This document shows, piece after piece, positions 9,075-18,226 of a DNA stretch of 64,000 nucleotides. Below the pieces are notes generated by a model that saw only the letters and a list, made by a program, of their open reading frames with translations, ran no database searches and was not told where the DNA came from. Positions within the stretch are counted from its first letter, which is position 1. Each line of letters begins with the position of its first letter. A program made the translations under genes and the position numbers. The stretch spans positions 616,008 through 680,007 of the forward strand of contig JBFWNU010000001.1 in NCBI GenBank assembly GCA_050250895.1. Reading direction: 5' to 3'. The stretch is from Vulcanimicrobiota bacterium. Its GTDB lineage: Bacteria > Vulcanimicrobiota > Xenobia > Xenobiales > JADMJV01.

Positions 9075-10097
9075 TTAGCCTCGGGCCCCGCCCGTCCAGC
9101 GAAGGGCCACGGCCCCCCAGGCCAGGCCTCCTCCGAAACCGACCAGCACGACCAGGTCACCGGGTTTGAGCCGACCCTGATCGCGAGCCTCGGAAAGTGC
9201 CAACGGGATCGAAGCACACGAGGTGTTTCCGTATTTCTCGAGATTGATGAAGACTCGCTCATCGGGCACTCCCAGGCGCTTGGCGGCCGAGCGAATGATC
9301 CGCATGTTGGCCTGGTGCGGGATAAACAGGTCGACATCCTCTGAGGTCAGGCCCGCCTTTTCGACGGCCGCCACCGCCGCCTCGCCCAGGGCCGACACGG
9401 CAAAACGATAGACCTCCTTGCCGTTCATCTGCAAGCTGTAATCTGCCTTGGTGAGACCTTCGGTCCCACCCGGCTGGGCTCCACCGCCGGCAGGGATGCG
9501 AAGGTGCGGCCCTCCGCTGCCGTCAGCCCCCAGGTGGTAAGAGAGAATGCCCTGGCCCTCGTCCACCCGGCCCAACACTACCGCTCCGGCACCGTCGCCG
9601 AAGAGCACGCAGGTGGAGCGGTCCTTCCAGTTCATTACCCGGGTCATGGTGTCGGCCCCAACCACCAGCACGTAGCGCAGAGCCCCGGTGGAAATAAACT
9701 GGGCGCCGACTGCCAGGCTGTAGGCAAACCCCGAGCAGGCGACCGAAACATCGAAGGCGCCGGCGTTGGTGGCCCCAAGCTTGTGCGAAATCAGACAGGC
9801 CGTGGCCGGCATCGGAGTATCCGGAGTCATGGTGCCTACCACCACCAGGTCGAGTTGCTCGGCGGTAATGCCGGCGTCTTCTAAAGCCAGACGAGCCGCT
9901 CGCACGCCCAGGTCGGAAGAGCACTCCTCGGCAGCCGCCATACGGCGCTCGTGAATGCCGGTGCGAGCGCGAATCCACTCGTCGGTGGTGTCGACCGTCT
10001 TCTCCAACTCTTTGTTGGTGACGATTTTTTCCGGTACATAGTGACCAAGACCCACTACCCCGACGGGTTGGGTCTTGATGGCGTTAGGGCTGGCCAC
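9075..10097 (-). CDS. fabH: 3-oxoacyl-ACP synthase III
   Basis: ACSGF, PHQAN, YGNTS, GFGGGL. Confidence 0.96.
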   Translation of the reverse strand: MASPNAIKTQPVGVVGLGHYVPEKIVTNKELEKTVDTTDEWIRARTGIHERRMAAAEECSSDLGVRAARLALEDAGITAEQLDLVVVGTMTPDTPMPATACLISHKLGATNAGAFDVSVACSGFAYSLAVGAQFISTGALRYVLVVGADTMTRVMNWKDRSTCVLFGDGAGAVVLGRVDEGQGILSYHLGADGSGGPHLRIPAGGGAQPGGTEGLTKADYSLQMNGKEVYRFAVSALGEAAVAAVEKAGLTSEDVDLFIPHQANMRIIRSAAKRLGVPDERVFINLEKYGNTSCASIPLALSEARDQGRLKPGDLVVLVGFGGGLAWGAVALRWTGGARG

Positions 10098-10108
10098 AGC
10101 GCTCGGGA

Positions 10109-10300
10109 TTATTCTTCGTCGTCTACTTCAAACGCAATGACCTGACGACCCTTGTAGGTGCCACAGGTCAGACAAAGCCGATGAGGCAGCGTCGGGCTTC
10201 CGCAGTTCCGGCACTTGATCGCGTTCGGAGCGCTGAGAGCTTGGTGGGAGCGGCGCTTGCGCGTGCGCGCGCGGGACAGTTTATATTTCGGTTGAGCCAT
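10109..10300 (-). CDS. rpmF: 50S ribosomal protein L32 (Zn-binding type)
   Basis: MAQPKYKLSRAR..RRSH, CRNC, HRLCLTCGTYKG. Confidence 0.95.
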   Translation of the reverse strand: MAQPKYKLSRARTRKRRSHQALSAPNAIKCRNCGSPTLPHRLCLTCGTYKGRQVIAFEVDDEE

Positions 10301-10315
10301 CGCTCTTGAAGCCTC

Positions 10316-10846
10316 CTATGAAATGCTTTCCTTCTTGCCATTAGCGCCTTTGAGCTTCATCAAAGGTGCCCAGCGGGGGTCGAACCCTTCGGGCTCGCAG
10401 GTACATCTACCTTTGTTCAGGTCGGCCCCACATTGGTCGCACAAGCCCTTGCAGTCTTCTTTGCAGACCGGCTGCATCGGCTCGGCGGCCACCACTTCTT
10501 GTCGAATCAACTCGTCAAAGACGACCCGGTCGTCGACGAAGGTGAGGATGTTGAGCACATCCACGCCCTCCGCCATCGCCTCGGGGCTGCCTTCGGGCAC
10601 GAAGCTATCATCGATGTCGAGTTCTAGCGGCTGCGGGAAGCTCTCGGCACACCGAGAACAGCTGAGCAGAGCCGTCAGACCGATCGTTCCCTGCACCACA
10701 ATGCGGCTGCCCGCATTGCTCAGGCGCAGGTGGACATCCACCGGTCCGTCAAGTTCTGCCCCCTCGATCTCTAAAGGACCTTCGTAGTCGAAGTCCTTCC
10801 ACAACCCGGGGCTTTTTAATATCTCCTTGATACTGACGTATAGCAT
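10316..10846 (-). CDS. yceD: DUF177/YceD family protein
   Basis: CSRC, CKEDCKGLCDQCG, DPRWAPL; upstream of rpmF. Confidence 0.9.
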   Translation of the reverse strand: MLYVSIKEILKSPGLWKDFDYEGPLEIEGAELDGPVDVHLRLSNAGSRIVVQGTIGLTALLSCSRCAESFPQPLELDIDDSFVPEGSPEAMAEGVDVLNILTFVDDRVVFDELIRQEVVAAEPMQPVCKEDCKGLCDQCGADLNKGRCTCEPEGFDPRWAPLMKLKGANGKKESIS

Positions 10847-10890
10847 CTGGTCCTCGGGCCACGGTTGACGGGAGTCTCGCGCAGGCGAAT

Positions 10891-10919
10891 AGTATAACGA
10901 CCAGCCTTGCCGGTGTCAA
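10891..10919 (-). promoter_or_regulatory. Sigma70-type promoter of yceD-rpmF-fab operon
   Basis: TTGACA-17 nt-TATACT on the minus strand. Confidence 0.8.
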
Positions 10920-11746
10920 TCGACCGAGAAGGTCCAGTCGTAATGAACCTGGTTGCCGGCGGCGTCTTTTAGCCAAACTCGCGCCTGATGTAGCCCCGGA
11001 GCCAGTGCTAGCCCCCGCCCCAGCACCACTTCGGAGGTAGCCTGGGAGGGCAGCTCGACCCCATCAACGGACAGGCTGGCACCGGTCACCAGGGTGCCGA
11101 GGGAACGATAGCGGGCAAAGACCGTGGTGCGCCCGCCGCCGGTCTCGAGTAGCACAGGAGGCGTCGCGGCCAGGCTCACTCGCGGGCCGAGCCTCACCGG
11201 ATAGCTGAGCCCGGCTCGCTCGTAACGGCCCAGCACATAGGTCTGACGGGCATCCATGCCGGGCTTGACGGTGAGGCGACCACGGTAGATTCCGGGCTTG
11301 ACCTCGATCGCCTCGACCCCCCAGGCCAGTCCCACCACGTCAAAGCTGGCCCGCCCACCAGCCGAGGCGCGCATTTCGACCTCGAGCACCTGACCCTGAC
11401 GAAAAGGCCCTCCTGAGGTTAGACCGACCTGCCAGAGGTCGGCAGCACCGTCGACGGACTCGCGCTCGGCGGCCGCGTCGACCACGTCGATACGCAGCAC
11501 CCGACCTGTCTTGTCATCCCAGCGAACAAAGGCCGCCCGCTGGCGCGGCAACTGCTCGAGCGGCACCACCCGGCCATTGAGAAAGCCCGACGAGACCCCG
11601 CTGGCATCGAGATTGAGTCCTTCGTCGATCGTGTCGAGCAAAAGGTCTCCGTAGCGGATGTCAACCAGGGCTCCCCCGGTCAGCACCGGCTCGGCCCAAC
11701 CATGAGCCCACAACAGCAGGCATAGGGCCAGCCGGCGCCAGGTCAC
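10916..11746 (-). CDS. Secreted hypothetical protein
   Basis: Signal peptide; beta-rich Ig-like segments (PGIYRG, PGLHQARV..DAAGN); coupled to pyrG. Confidence 0.65.
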   Translation of the reverse strand: MTWRRLALCLLLWAHGWAEPVLTGGALVDIRYGDLLLDTIDEGLNLDASGVSSGFLNGRVVPLEQLPRQRAAFVRWDDKTGRVLRIDVVDAAAERESVDGAADLWQVGLTSGGPFRQGQVLEVEMRASAGGRASFDVVGLAWGVEAIEVKPGIYRGRLTVKPGMDARQTYVLGRYERAGLSYPVRLGPRVSLAATPPVLLETGGGRTTVFARYRSLGTLVTGASLSVDGVELPSQATSEVVLGRGLALAPGLHQARVWLKDAAGNQVHYDWTFSVD

Positions 11747-13389
11747 GATACGGCGGCAGGGGTGGCGATGGGGGCGCGCGTTTTGTGGAACTCTACGGCC
11801 GCGGCCACAAAATCTCGGAAGAGCGGATGAGATCGGTAGGGCCTGGAGAGGAACTCGGGATGGAACTGGCAGGCCAAAAACCAGGGATGGTCTGGCAGTT
11901 CAACCATCTCCACCAGATTGCGTTCGGGGTTGATCCCGCTAAAGACCAGTCCGTGCTCGGCCAACTTGTCACGATACTGATTGTTGACCTCGAAGCGGTG
12001 TCGATGCCGCTCGGAAATCTCTTCGTTGCCATAGGCCGCAAAGGCTTTGGTGCCGGGCTTGACCTGGCAGGCGAACTCGCCGAGTCGCATGGAAGCACCC
12101 ATCTGCTCGATGTGGCGCTGGTCAGGCATATGCGTAATCACGGGCTGAGCGGTGCCCGGTTCGACTTCAGTCGAGTGGGCTTTCTCCATCCCGCACACGT
12201 GGCGGGCGAACTCGACTACGGCCCACTGCAAACCATAGCAGATACCGAAGTAGGGAACCTTATTCTCACGGGCATACTGAATAGCCCGCAGCTTTCCCTC
12301 GACTCCGCGAGCGCCAAAGCCGCCGGGCACCAGCACCCCGTCGGCCTGCTGCAAGATGTCGAAACCCTCACCCTCGAATAGGCGCGAAGCGTCGAGGCGG
12401 TCGATTTCGACGCGAGTATCATTGGCGATGCCGGCGTGAGTCAGGGCCTCGGCGATGGACAGATAGGCATCCTTGATCTCGACGTACTTACCCACCAGGG
12501 CAATGCGAATGGCTTCGGTGGGCTTTTTGAGCTTGCGCACCATCTCGTGCCAATCCTCGAGTTCGGGCTCACGCTTTTCGAGGCCCAACTTATCGGTGAT
12601 GAAATCGCCCAGGCCTTGCTTCTCGAGGCGCAGCGGCACCTCGTAGATGGTGGGCACGTCGCGGCAAGCAAACACCGCGTTGGGAGAAACATCACCATAA
12701 AGGGCGATCTTCTTGATGTGCTCGTCGGCCAGACTGCGGCCGGTTCGACACACGATCACATCGGGCTGAATCCCGATGGCGCGCAATTCTTTGACCGAGT
12801 GCTGGGTCGGCTTGGTCTTGAGCTCGCCGGCCGCCCCAATGTGCGGAACCAGCGTGACATGCACATACATGACCCGCCCTGGCTCGAAATCGTTCTTCAC
12901 CTGGCGAATAGCCTCGAGAAAAGGTAATCCCTCGATGTCACCAACCGTTCCGCCGACCTCGACGATCGAAACATCGGCGTTACTCTCGTTAGAGACCTGG
13001 CGAATCATCAGCTTGATCTGGTCGGTGATGTGAGGAATCACACGCACCGTATCACCCAGATAGTCGCCCTTGCGCTCTTTCTCGATCACGGCGCCATAGA
13101 CTTTGCCGGTGGTGACGTTGTTCTCGGCCTTGAGCTGGCAATCGACGTAACGCTCGTAGTGACCCAGGTCGAGGTCGGTTTCAGCCCCGTCGGTAGTGAC
13201 GTAGACCTCGCCGTGCTGATAAGGATTCATGGTCCCGGCATCGACATTAATGTAAGGGTCGAGCTTTTGGATGGTGACCGAGTAGCCCCGACTCTTGAGC
13301 AGGCAGCCGATGGACGAGGCGACGATGCCCTTACCAAGCGACGAGACGACGCCCCCGGTGACGAAAATGTAGCGAACTGGTTTATGCAT
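11743..13389 (-). CDS. pyrG: CTP synthase
   Basis: TGGVVSSLGKG, KLDPYINVD, GICYG, QFHPEF. Confidence 0.98.
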   Translation of the reverse strand: MHKPVRYIFVTGGVVSSLGKGIVASSIGCLLKSRGYSVTIQKLDPYINVDAGTMNPYQHGEVYVTTDGAETDLDLGHYERYVDCQLKAENNVTTGKVYGAVIEKERKGDYLGDTVRVIPHITDQIKLMIRQVSNESNADVSIVEVGGTVGDIEGLPFLEAIRQVKNDFEPGRVMYVHVTLVPHIGAAGELKTKPTQHSVKELRAIGIQPDVIVCRTGRSLADEHIKKIALYGDVSPNAVFACRDVPTIYEVPLRLEKQGLGDFITDKLGLEKREPELEDWHEMVRKLKKPTEAIRIALVGKYVEIKDAYLSIAEALTHAGIANDTRVEIDRLDASRLFEGEGFDILQQADGVLVPGGFGARGVEGKLRAIQYARENKVPYFGICYGLQWAVVEFARHVCGMEKAHSTEVEPGTAQPVITHMPDQRHIEQMGASMRLGEFACQVKPGTKAFAAYGNEEISERHRHRFEVNNQYRDKLAEHGLVFSGINPERNLVEMVELPDHPWFLACQFHPEFLSRPYRSHPLFRDFVAAAVEFHKTRAPIATPAAVS

Positions 13390-14059
13390 GCCTTAAAATG
13401 ATGACCTTCGTGTCGGATGGCAAACGGGCGAGTTCGACATCGGTGGCCATGGTGGCCGCGTCCTCGACGTTGCTCATCTTGCTGGTGAAATCTTCAATCT
13501 TGAAGTCACAGAGGTCGTGATTTTCGACCTGCGGAGTCTTGTAGTGCATGGGGAAGACGATCTTTGGCTCGAGCTGGTTGATGACCAACACCGCCTCGGT
13601 CGGGTCGATGGTCTCCTTGCCGCCAACAGGTAGAAAGACGACGTCCACCTTGCCGATGATCTTCTGTTGCATGTCGGTCAGGATGTGCCCCAGGTCGCCC
13701 AGGTGAGCGAAGTGGATACCTTCCCAGAACCAGTGCCAAACAGTGTTCGGCCCTCGCTTGCGGCCCTGATAGTTGTCGTGGTGCGTGGGAATGCCATGAA
13801 AGGTGAGGGTCTCGCCGGTGCGAGGAATCGTCAACTCATTCTCGCACTGGAACTCGTGGGTGCGCTTGATGATCATCGGGTTGCCGTTGACCCGAAAGTC
13901 GGCGTTGTGGTCGCGGTGCTCGTGAGAGATGACGACGACGTCCGCGTCCAAGGGTGGGAACTCATAGGGAATGTGAGTGCCGTAGGGGTCGAGCACTACC
14001 ACCGTGCCTTTGGTGGAGGCGACCCGAAAACTGGCATGACCAAGATAGCGAACGTTCAT
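13382..14059 (-). CDS. Metallo-beta-lactamase fold hydrolase
   Basis: YLGHASF, SHEHRDH, HLGDLGH, PMHY. Confidence 0.9.
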   Translation of the reverse strand: MNVRYLGHASFRVASTKGTVVVLDPYGTHIPYEFPPLDADVVVISHEHRDHNADFRVNGNPMIIKRTHEFQCENELTIPRTGETLTFHGIPTHHDNYQGRKRGPNTVWHWFWEGIHFAHLGDLGHILTDMQQKIIGKVDVVFLPVGGKETIDPTEAVLVINQLEPKIVFPMHYKTPQVENHDLCDFKIEDFTSKMSNVEDAATMATDVELARLPSDTKVIILRHA

Positions 14060-14071
14060 CTCTTCCTCCGG

Positions 14072-14323
14072 TTAGTATCCTCGGCTGGCTGGTGCCACCA
14101 TGACGACCTGAGATTTATTGACCGCGATGAACTCGAGCGAGTCGAGCGGAGTGCTACCCGTGACTTCATAGATGTCGGCACGAGTCAGGGGAATGAACCC
14201 CCGGTCTTTGTTGATCTCATCGAGCAGGCGCCCCCCCGGCACGACGTGGACATCGCCTTCGAGGCGATAGGTGTTCGTCAGCAGAATCACTCGGATCGCT
14301 TCCTTGACCGCCCTGGCACACAT
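14072..14323 (-). CDS. Small conserved protein (DUF6812-like)
   Basis: GDVHV..GGRLLDEIN..FIPLT.A, FIAVNKSQV pattern; TAGAGG upstream. Confidence 0.6.
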   Translation of the reverse strand: MCARAVKEAIRVILLTNTYRLEGDVHVVPGGRLLDEINKDRGFIPLTRADIYEVTGSTPLDSLEFIAVNKSQVVMVAPASRGY

Positions 14324-14386
14324 CCTCTAAGCCTCCGCTCGTTTCGTCGGGCCCGCTTTTGACACGGCCGTTGCGAATCCTTTCCT

Positions 14387-14415
14387 TTGACACTCTGTAG
14401 GGCAGGTGATATACT
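14387..14415 (+). promoter_or_regulatory. Sigma70-type promoter of the helicase-like gene
   Basis: TTGACA-17 nt-TATACT. Confidence 0.8.
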
Positions 14416-14426
14416 CCCGCTGACCT

Positions 14427-15677
14427 ATGAACAAGAAAAAAATATGGACAACTATCGACGAAAATAGCCAGAGGGTAGCCGAAGCCAACGAGCTGGTCCT
14501 GCCCGGCGACCCCTTTCGTCTCACCAACGACCAGAGCAAGGCGGTAGAGACCATCAACAAGATGGTGGCTGACGGCAAGAAACGCATCCTGCTCAAAGCG
14601 CCCACCGGGGCTGGAAAGACCGAGGTCTTTCTACGCGTGAGCGTCACCCAGGCCCTCGAACAAGGCGGCCACGTGGTGTTGCTGATCCCTACCCGCGACC
14701 TGGCTCGCCAGCAACACCAGTATTTCAGCGACCGGTTGGCCGACACCGGCCTGGCCGCCGACCAGATGCACGGAGGGGTTCCTCCTCGCACTCGTCGCTC
14801 GATCATCGAAGATGTGACCAAGCGCGAGACCCAGTTCGTGGTCGGTAGCGCCATGCTCTTGCAGCACCGCAAGTATCGTGACCTGCTCGAGACTGCCGCG
14901 CTCATCGTGGTCGACGACGTGAACGCCTTCGACGAAGACGAAGACCTGGCTCACCTGCGCGGACTGCCGACCCCCGTCCTGTTCGCCACGGCCACTCCCG
15001 ACGCGGTGGCGCGCTTCTTGCGCCAGGAAAAGGCCTTCGACAACATGTTCGAGATGAGCCAGATGCCGTTCGACTCGCCTCCTACCGAGATCCACAAGAT
15101 CGACGCCAGTTGGAACGAGAACATCTTCTCTCAGATCGACATGGGGATGGAGGTGCTCAAGCACCACATCGACGAGGGCAGCCGCATCTACATCATCAGC
15201 CGCACCCGCGCCCGGGTGCCGGTCATCGGCCAGTATGTACGCGATCGCCTGGGCGTGCCCGTTTCGATCTTGCACGGCGAGATGGCCGACACCAGCGAGC
15301 ACCGTCGGCGCATGCGTGGGCGTAGCAAGGGTCCGACCGAAGACCGCGTGACCATGATGAAGACCTTCCGCGAGAATAAGCCCGCCATTTTGGTGGCTAC
15401 CAATCTGGTGGGCTCGGGCCTCGACATTCCCATGGCCGACATGGTGCTGGTGACCGACTCGGACCACTTCGGCGAAGCCGAGATCGAGCAGTTGCTCGGT
15501 CGCGTCGGCCGCCGGGAGCGGGCCTCGGACGCCGTCTTGATCCGGGGCACCACGGCTTCACCCCGAGCGGGTGATGTCCGGGTCAAGGCCAACACCCGGG
15601 TGCGAAAAGGCAAGGTGATTCACACCTATCAGGCCATTCCGGTGGGACGCCGCCGCCCCTCACGCCGGCTCGTTTAG
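14427..15677 (+). CDS. Minimal RecG/Mfd-like SF2 helicase
   Basis: PFRLTNDQ, APTGAGKT, LIPTRDLARQ, ATATP, LHGEM, ILVATN..GLDIP, QLLGRVGR; Walker B reads DDVN. Confidence 0.8.
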   Translation: MNKKKIWTTIDENSQRVAEANELVLPGDPFRLTNDQSKAVETINKMVADGKKRILLKAPTGAGKTEVFLRVSVTQALEQGGHVVLLIPTRDLARQQHQYFSDRLADTGLAADQMHGGVPPRTRRSIIEDVTKRETQFVVGSAMLLQHRKYRDLLETAALIVVDDVNAFDEDEDLAHLRGLPTPVLFATATPDAVARFLRQEKAFDNMFEMSQMPFDSPPTEIHKIDASWNENIFSQIDMGMEVLKHHIDEGSRIYIISRTRARVPVIGQYVRDRLGVPVSILHGEMADTSEHRRRMRGRSKGPTEDRVTMMKTFRENKPAILVATNLVGSGLDIPMADMVLVTDSDHFGEAEIEQLLGRVGRRERASDAVLIRGTTASPRAGDVRVKANTRVRKGKVIHTYQAIPVGRRRPSRRLV

Positions 15678-15694
15678 TCGTCAGACGGTAGAGC
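15675..15694 (+). repeat. 20-bp element TAGTCGTCAGACGGTAGAGC, identical to 3188-3207
   Basis: Exact match; both copies lie at the 3' end of a gene. Confidence 0.75.
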
Positions 15695-15845
15695 TGGCCG
15701 GGGGTTAGCGTGATTCGGCGGTGGGGGCTGCCGAAGGGCCGGCCGGGACCCGCCGAGGCGAGGCGCCAGCAAGCCTTAACAAGCTGTTTACTTGAGGCCG
15801 AGTTTCTACAAACTCGGCCTCAGGTGTGTTTTCTACGATGTCAGA

Positions 15846-16820
15846 GTGAAAACCAACAACCTCACCTCGAAGGCTGCCCCGACCACCGCCCCCCGTCCGC
15901 GCCAAGCCGCACCTAAGCCCAAGCCGGCTAGCCGAGGCCCGGATGTAGTGGCGCTTAGTGGTGACCGGGGCAGGCCCAGCCCGAACTTTGAAGACTTCGC
16001 CAGCAAATGGCTTGGCCAGGGCGAGGCGGCCGGTAAGCCCAGGCCGACCGTCCAGCCAGCGGCCTCGCCACCCACTCCGCGCCCGGCCCCAACCCCATCG
16101 CCGGACCCGACCCGCCGCTTGACACCAGAGCTACAGAAGGCCTACGACCGGGCCCAGCAGCGCTTTGGACACATCCCCGGGGCCCAGATCGAGGTGGTGG
16201 CCAGTCCCGGCAATGGCGGCAAGCCGGTGGTGATGCTGCGCCATGCCGATGGTAAGAAGGATGGCTACAACGCCCAGATGCACTTCCACGGTGACCAGTT
16301 GTTCGACCAGCGAGTCGGCTATGACAAAGAGCTCGGCCAGGCGGTCGAGCGAGCCTGGCAAAAGAGCAAAGATACCGTCTTTATCCTGCCCGAGGCTCAG
16401 AACGAAGACAGGGCTCCCCGCAGCGACTGGAATAACGCGTCTAACCTGGGTCGCATCATGAACGACGGACTCCGAGGACTGGGCCTGGATCCCGCGGCGG
16501 CGGGCAGTCGCACCGTGAGTGGCCATTCGGCCGGTGGCTCGGTCATCGCCAAGGCCCTGGCCCGAGGAGAGTTGCGCGACTTTGACCGCATCGAACTGCA
16601 TGACGCGGCGGTAGGCAGCACCCACAACCATGTGTCGCCCGCCGAACGGGCTCGCGTGGCCGCCTATGCCCGCAGCCATCCCCACCAGTTCGTGGTCATG
16701 CCTGGCATCATGACCAACAGCGCCTGGAATCAGTACGTCGACCGCTCCCGCTTTTTGCCCCGCGCCAGCGATCACTGGACCCCTCTCTGGAACTCGCTCG
16801 GTCAGTTTCGCGAACCTTAA
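15846..16820 (+). CDS. Alpha/beta-hydrolase-like protein with Pro/Ala/Lys-rich N-terminus
   Basis: HFHG, SGHSAGG nucleophile elbow, late D and H; GTG start 6 nt after TACGAT. Confidence 0.7.
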   Translation: MKTNNLTSKAAPTTAPRPRQAAPKPKPASRGPDVVALSGDRGRPSPNFEDFASKWLGQGEAAGKPRPTVQPAASPPTPRPAPTPSPDPTRRLTPELQKAYDRAQQRFGHIPGAQIEVVASPGNGGKPVVMLRHADGKKDGYNAQMHFHGDQLFDQRVGYDKELGQAVERAWQKSKDTVFILPEAQNEDRAPRSDWNNASNLGRIMNDGLRGLGLDPAAAGSRTVSGHSAGGSVIAKALARGELRDFDRIELHDAAVGSTHNHVSPAERARVAAYARSHPHQFVVMPGIMTNSAWNQYVDRSRFLPRASDHWTPLWNSLGQFREP

Positions 16821-16923
16821 CAATCTCGTTTACAAAAAGTTAACCTGATCCGGATTTTTTCCAAGAACCTGAGCAAGGTTGGACCTCTACCATAGAATCA
16901 AGATCCTGCACTCGGAGAGGCCT

Positions 16924-18192
16924 GTGAAAACGCAAAGCAAACCAGCCCCCAAAGCGCCGGCTAGCAAACCCGCTGCCAAACCGGCTCCCACCCCAACCCC
17001 CAGACCCGCCCAGGGTCAAACCCAGAAACCGTCCGGCGACACCAGACAACTCACGCCCGAAGCCGCCAAGCCCGAAGAGAAATCGAAGTTCAGCCTGTCG
17101 TCTTTCGCCAGCAATTGGCTTGGAATGGGCGGTGATCAGCCGGCCAAGTCCGAGACAGGCCAGCCCAAGGCCGACACGGGCCAGCCTAAGGCCGAGACAG
17201 GCCAAACGCAGACCTCTCAAGCCGAGGAGCAACGGGCCAAACTGGGGGAAGCGCTCGGAGACAAAACCATGCGTCGAGGCCAGAAGGACGACCCTCACGT
17301 CGAGGCCCTACAAAAGGCTCTCAACGAGAAGATGGGCACCGAATTGACTCTCGACGGCGACTATGGTCGAAACACCCAGAAGGCGGTCGAGGATTTCCAG
17401 CGTCAGAACGGCTTGAACCCTGACGGCATCTTTGGCCCCGACACCCGGGACAAACTGCTGGGCCCCTCGGCCAATCAGCCCGAGCCAAAGAAGGACGAGC
17501 CAGCTCCGGCGCCAGCCAACAATGAAGAACTGGCCAAGGCTCTGGGCGACCAGACGCTGCGCCAGGGAATGAAGGACAACCCCCAGGTCGAGGCACTGCA
17601 GAAAGCCCTAAACGATAAGCTGGGGCTCGAGCTGACCACGGATGGCGACTATGGTCGCAACACCCGCCAGGCGGTCGAGGATTTCCAGCGCCAGAACGGC
17701 TTGAACCCTGACGGCATCTTCGGTAGCGACACTCGCAACAAGTTGTTGGGCCGCGAAGGCGACCCCAAGACCGGCCAGGCCGGGCCCACTGGCCCGGTGG
17801 CCGACAAGTACGCCAAATACGCCCAGCACCAGGAACTGCTGGCCCGGGCCATCGCGGCCGAAGCGCGCGGGGAGCCGTTCGACACCCAGGTCGGCGTGGC
17901 TCAGACCATCATGAACTACGCCGATAAGTTCGGCAAAAACCTGCCCAAGCTGATCAACAGTCCCTATCTCTCGTCGAGTCGCGACGGCAACAAGAAGTTC
18001 TACACCATGCCGACCAGCAAGATCGCCGGCTGGGACAAGTTCTACAAAGCCGCTGGCGACGCCCTGGCGGGCAAGTCGAAGGTCGGTGCCAATCGCATCT
18101 ACTTCCACGATGACAGCATCGGGGCCCCGCGGTGGGTCAACAAGAGCAGCGCCCTGAAATTGGGCAGCATGATCTTCTACACCGGCAAGTAG
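16924..18192 (+). CDS. Cell-wall hydrolase (SleB/Hydrolase_2) with two peptidoglycan-binding domains
   Basis: Two repeats VEALQKALN...DGDYGRNT..AVEDFQRQNGLNPDGIFG; LARAIAAEARGE, IYFH, IFY; GGAGAGG RBS. Confidence 0.85.
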   Translation: MKTQSKPAPKAPASKPAAKPAPTPTPRPAQGQTQKPSGDTRQLTPEAAKPEEKSKFSLSSFASNWLGMGGDQPAKSETGQPKADTGQPKAETGQTQTSQAEEQRAKLGEALGDKTMRRGQKDDPHVEALQKALNEKMGTELTLDGDYGRNTQKAVEDFQRQNGLNPDGIFGPDTRDKLLGPSANQPEPKKDEPAPAPANNEELAKALGDQTLRQGMKDNPQVEALQKALNDKLGLELTTDGDYGRNTRQAVEDFQRQNGLNPDGIFGSDTRNKLLGREGDPKTGQAGPTGPVADKYAKYAQHQELLARAIAAEARGEPFDTQVGVAQTIMNYADKFGKNLPKLINSPYLSSSRDGNKKFYTMPTSKIAGWDKFYKAAGDALAGKSKVGANRIYFHDDSIGAPRWVNKSSALKLGSMIFYTGK

Positions 18193-18226
18193 GTTCTTTT
18201 AAGGCTGGCGGACTAGTCTGTTGGGA

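Noticed and set aside
17153-17760. DNA repeats inside the cell-wall hydrolase gene
   Set aside because: Explained by a 7-aa linker repeat (ETGQPKA) and duplicated PG-binding domains
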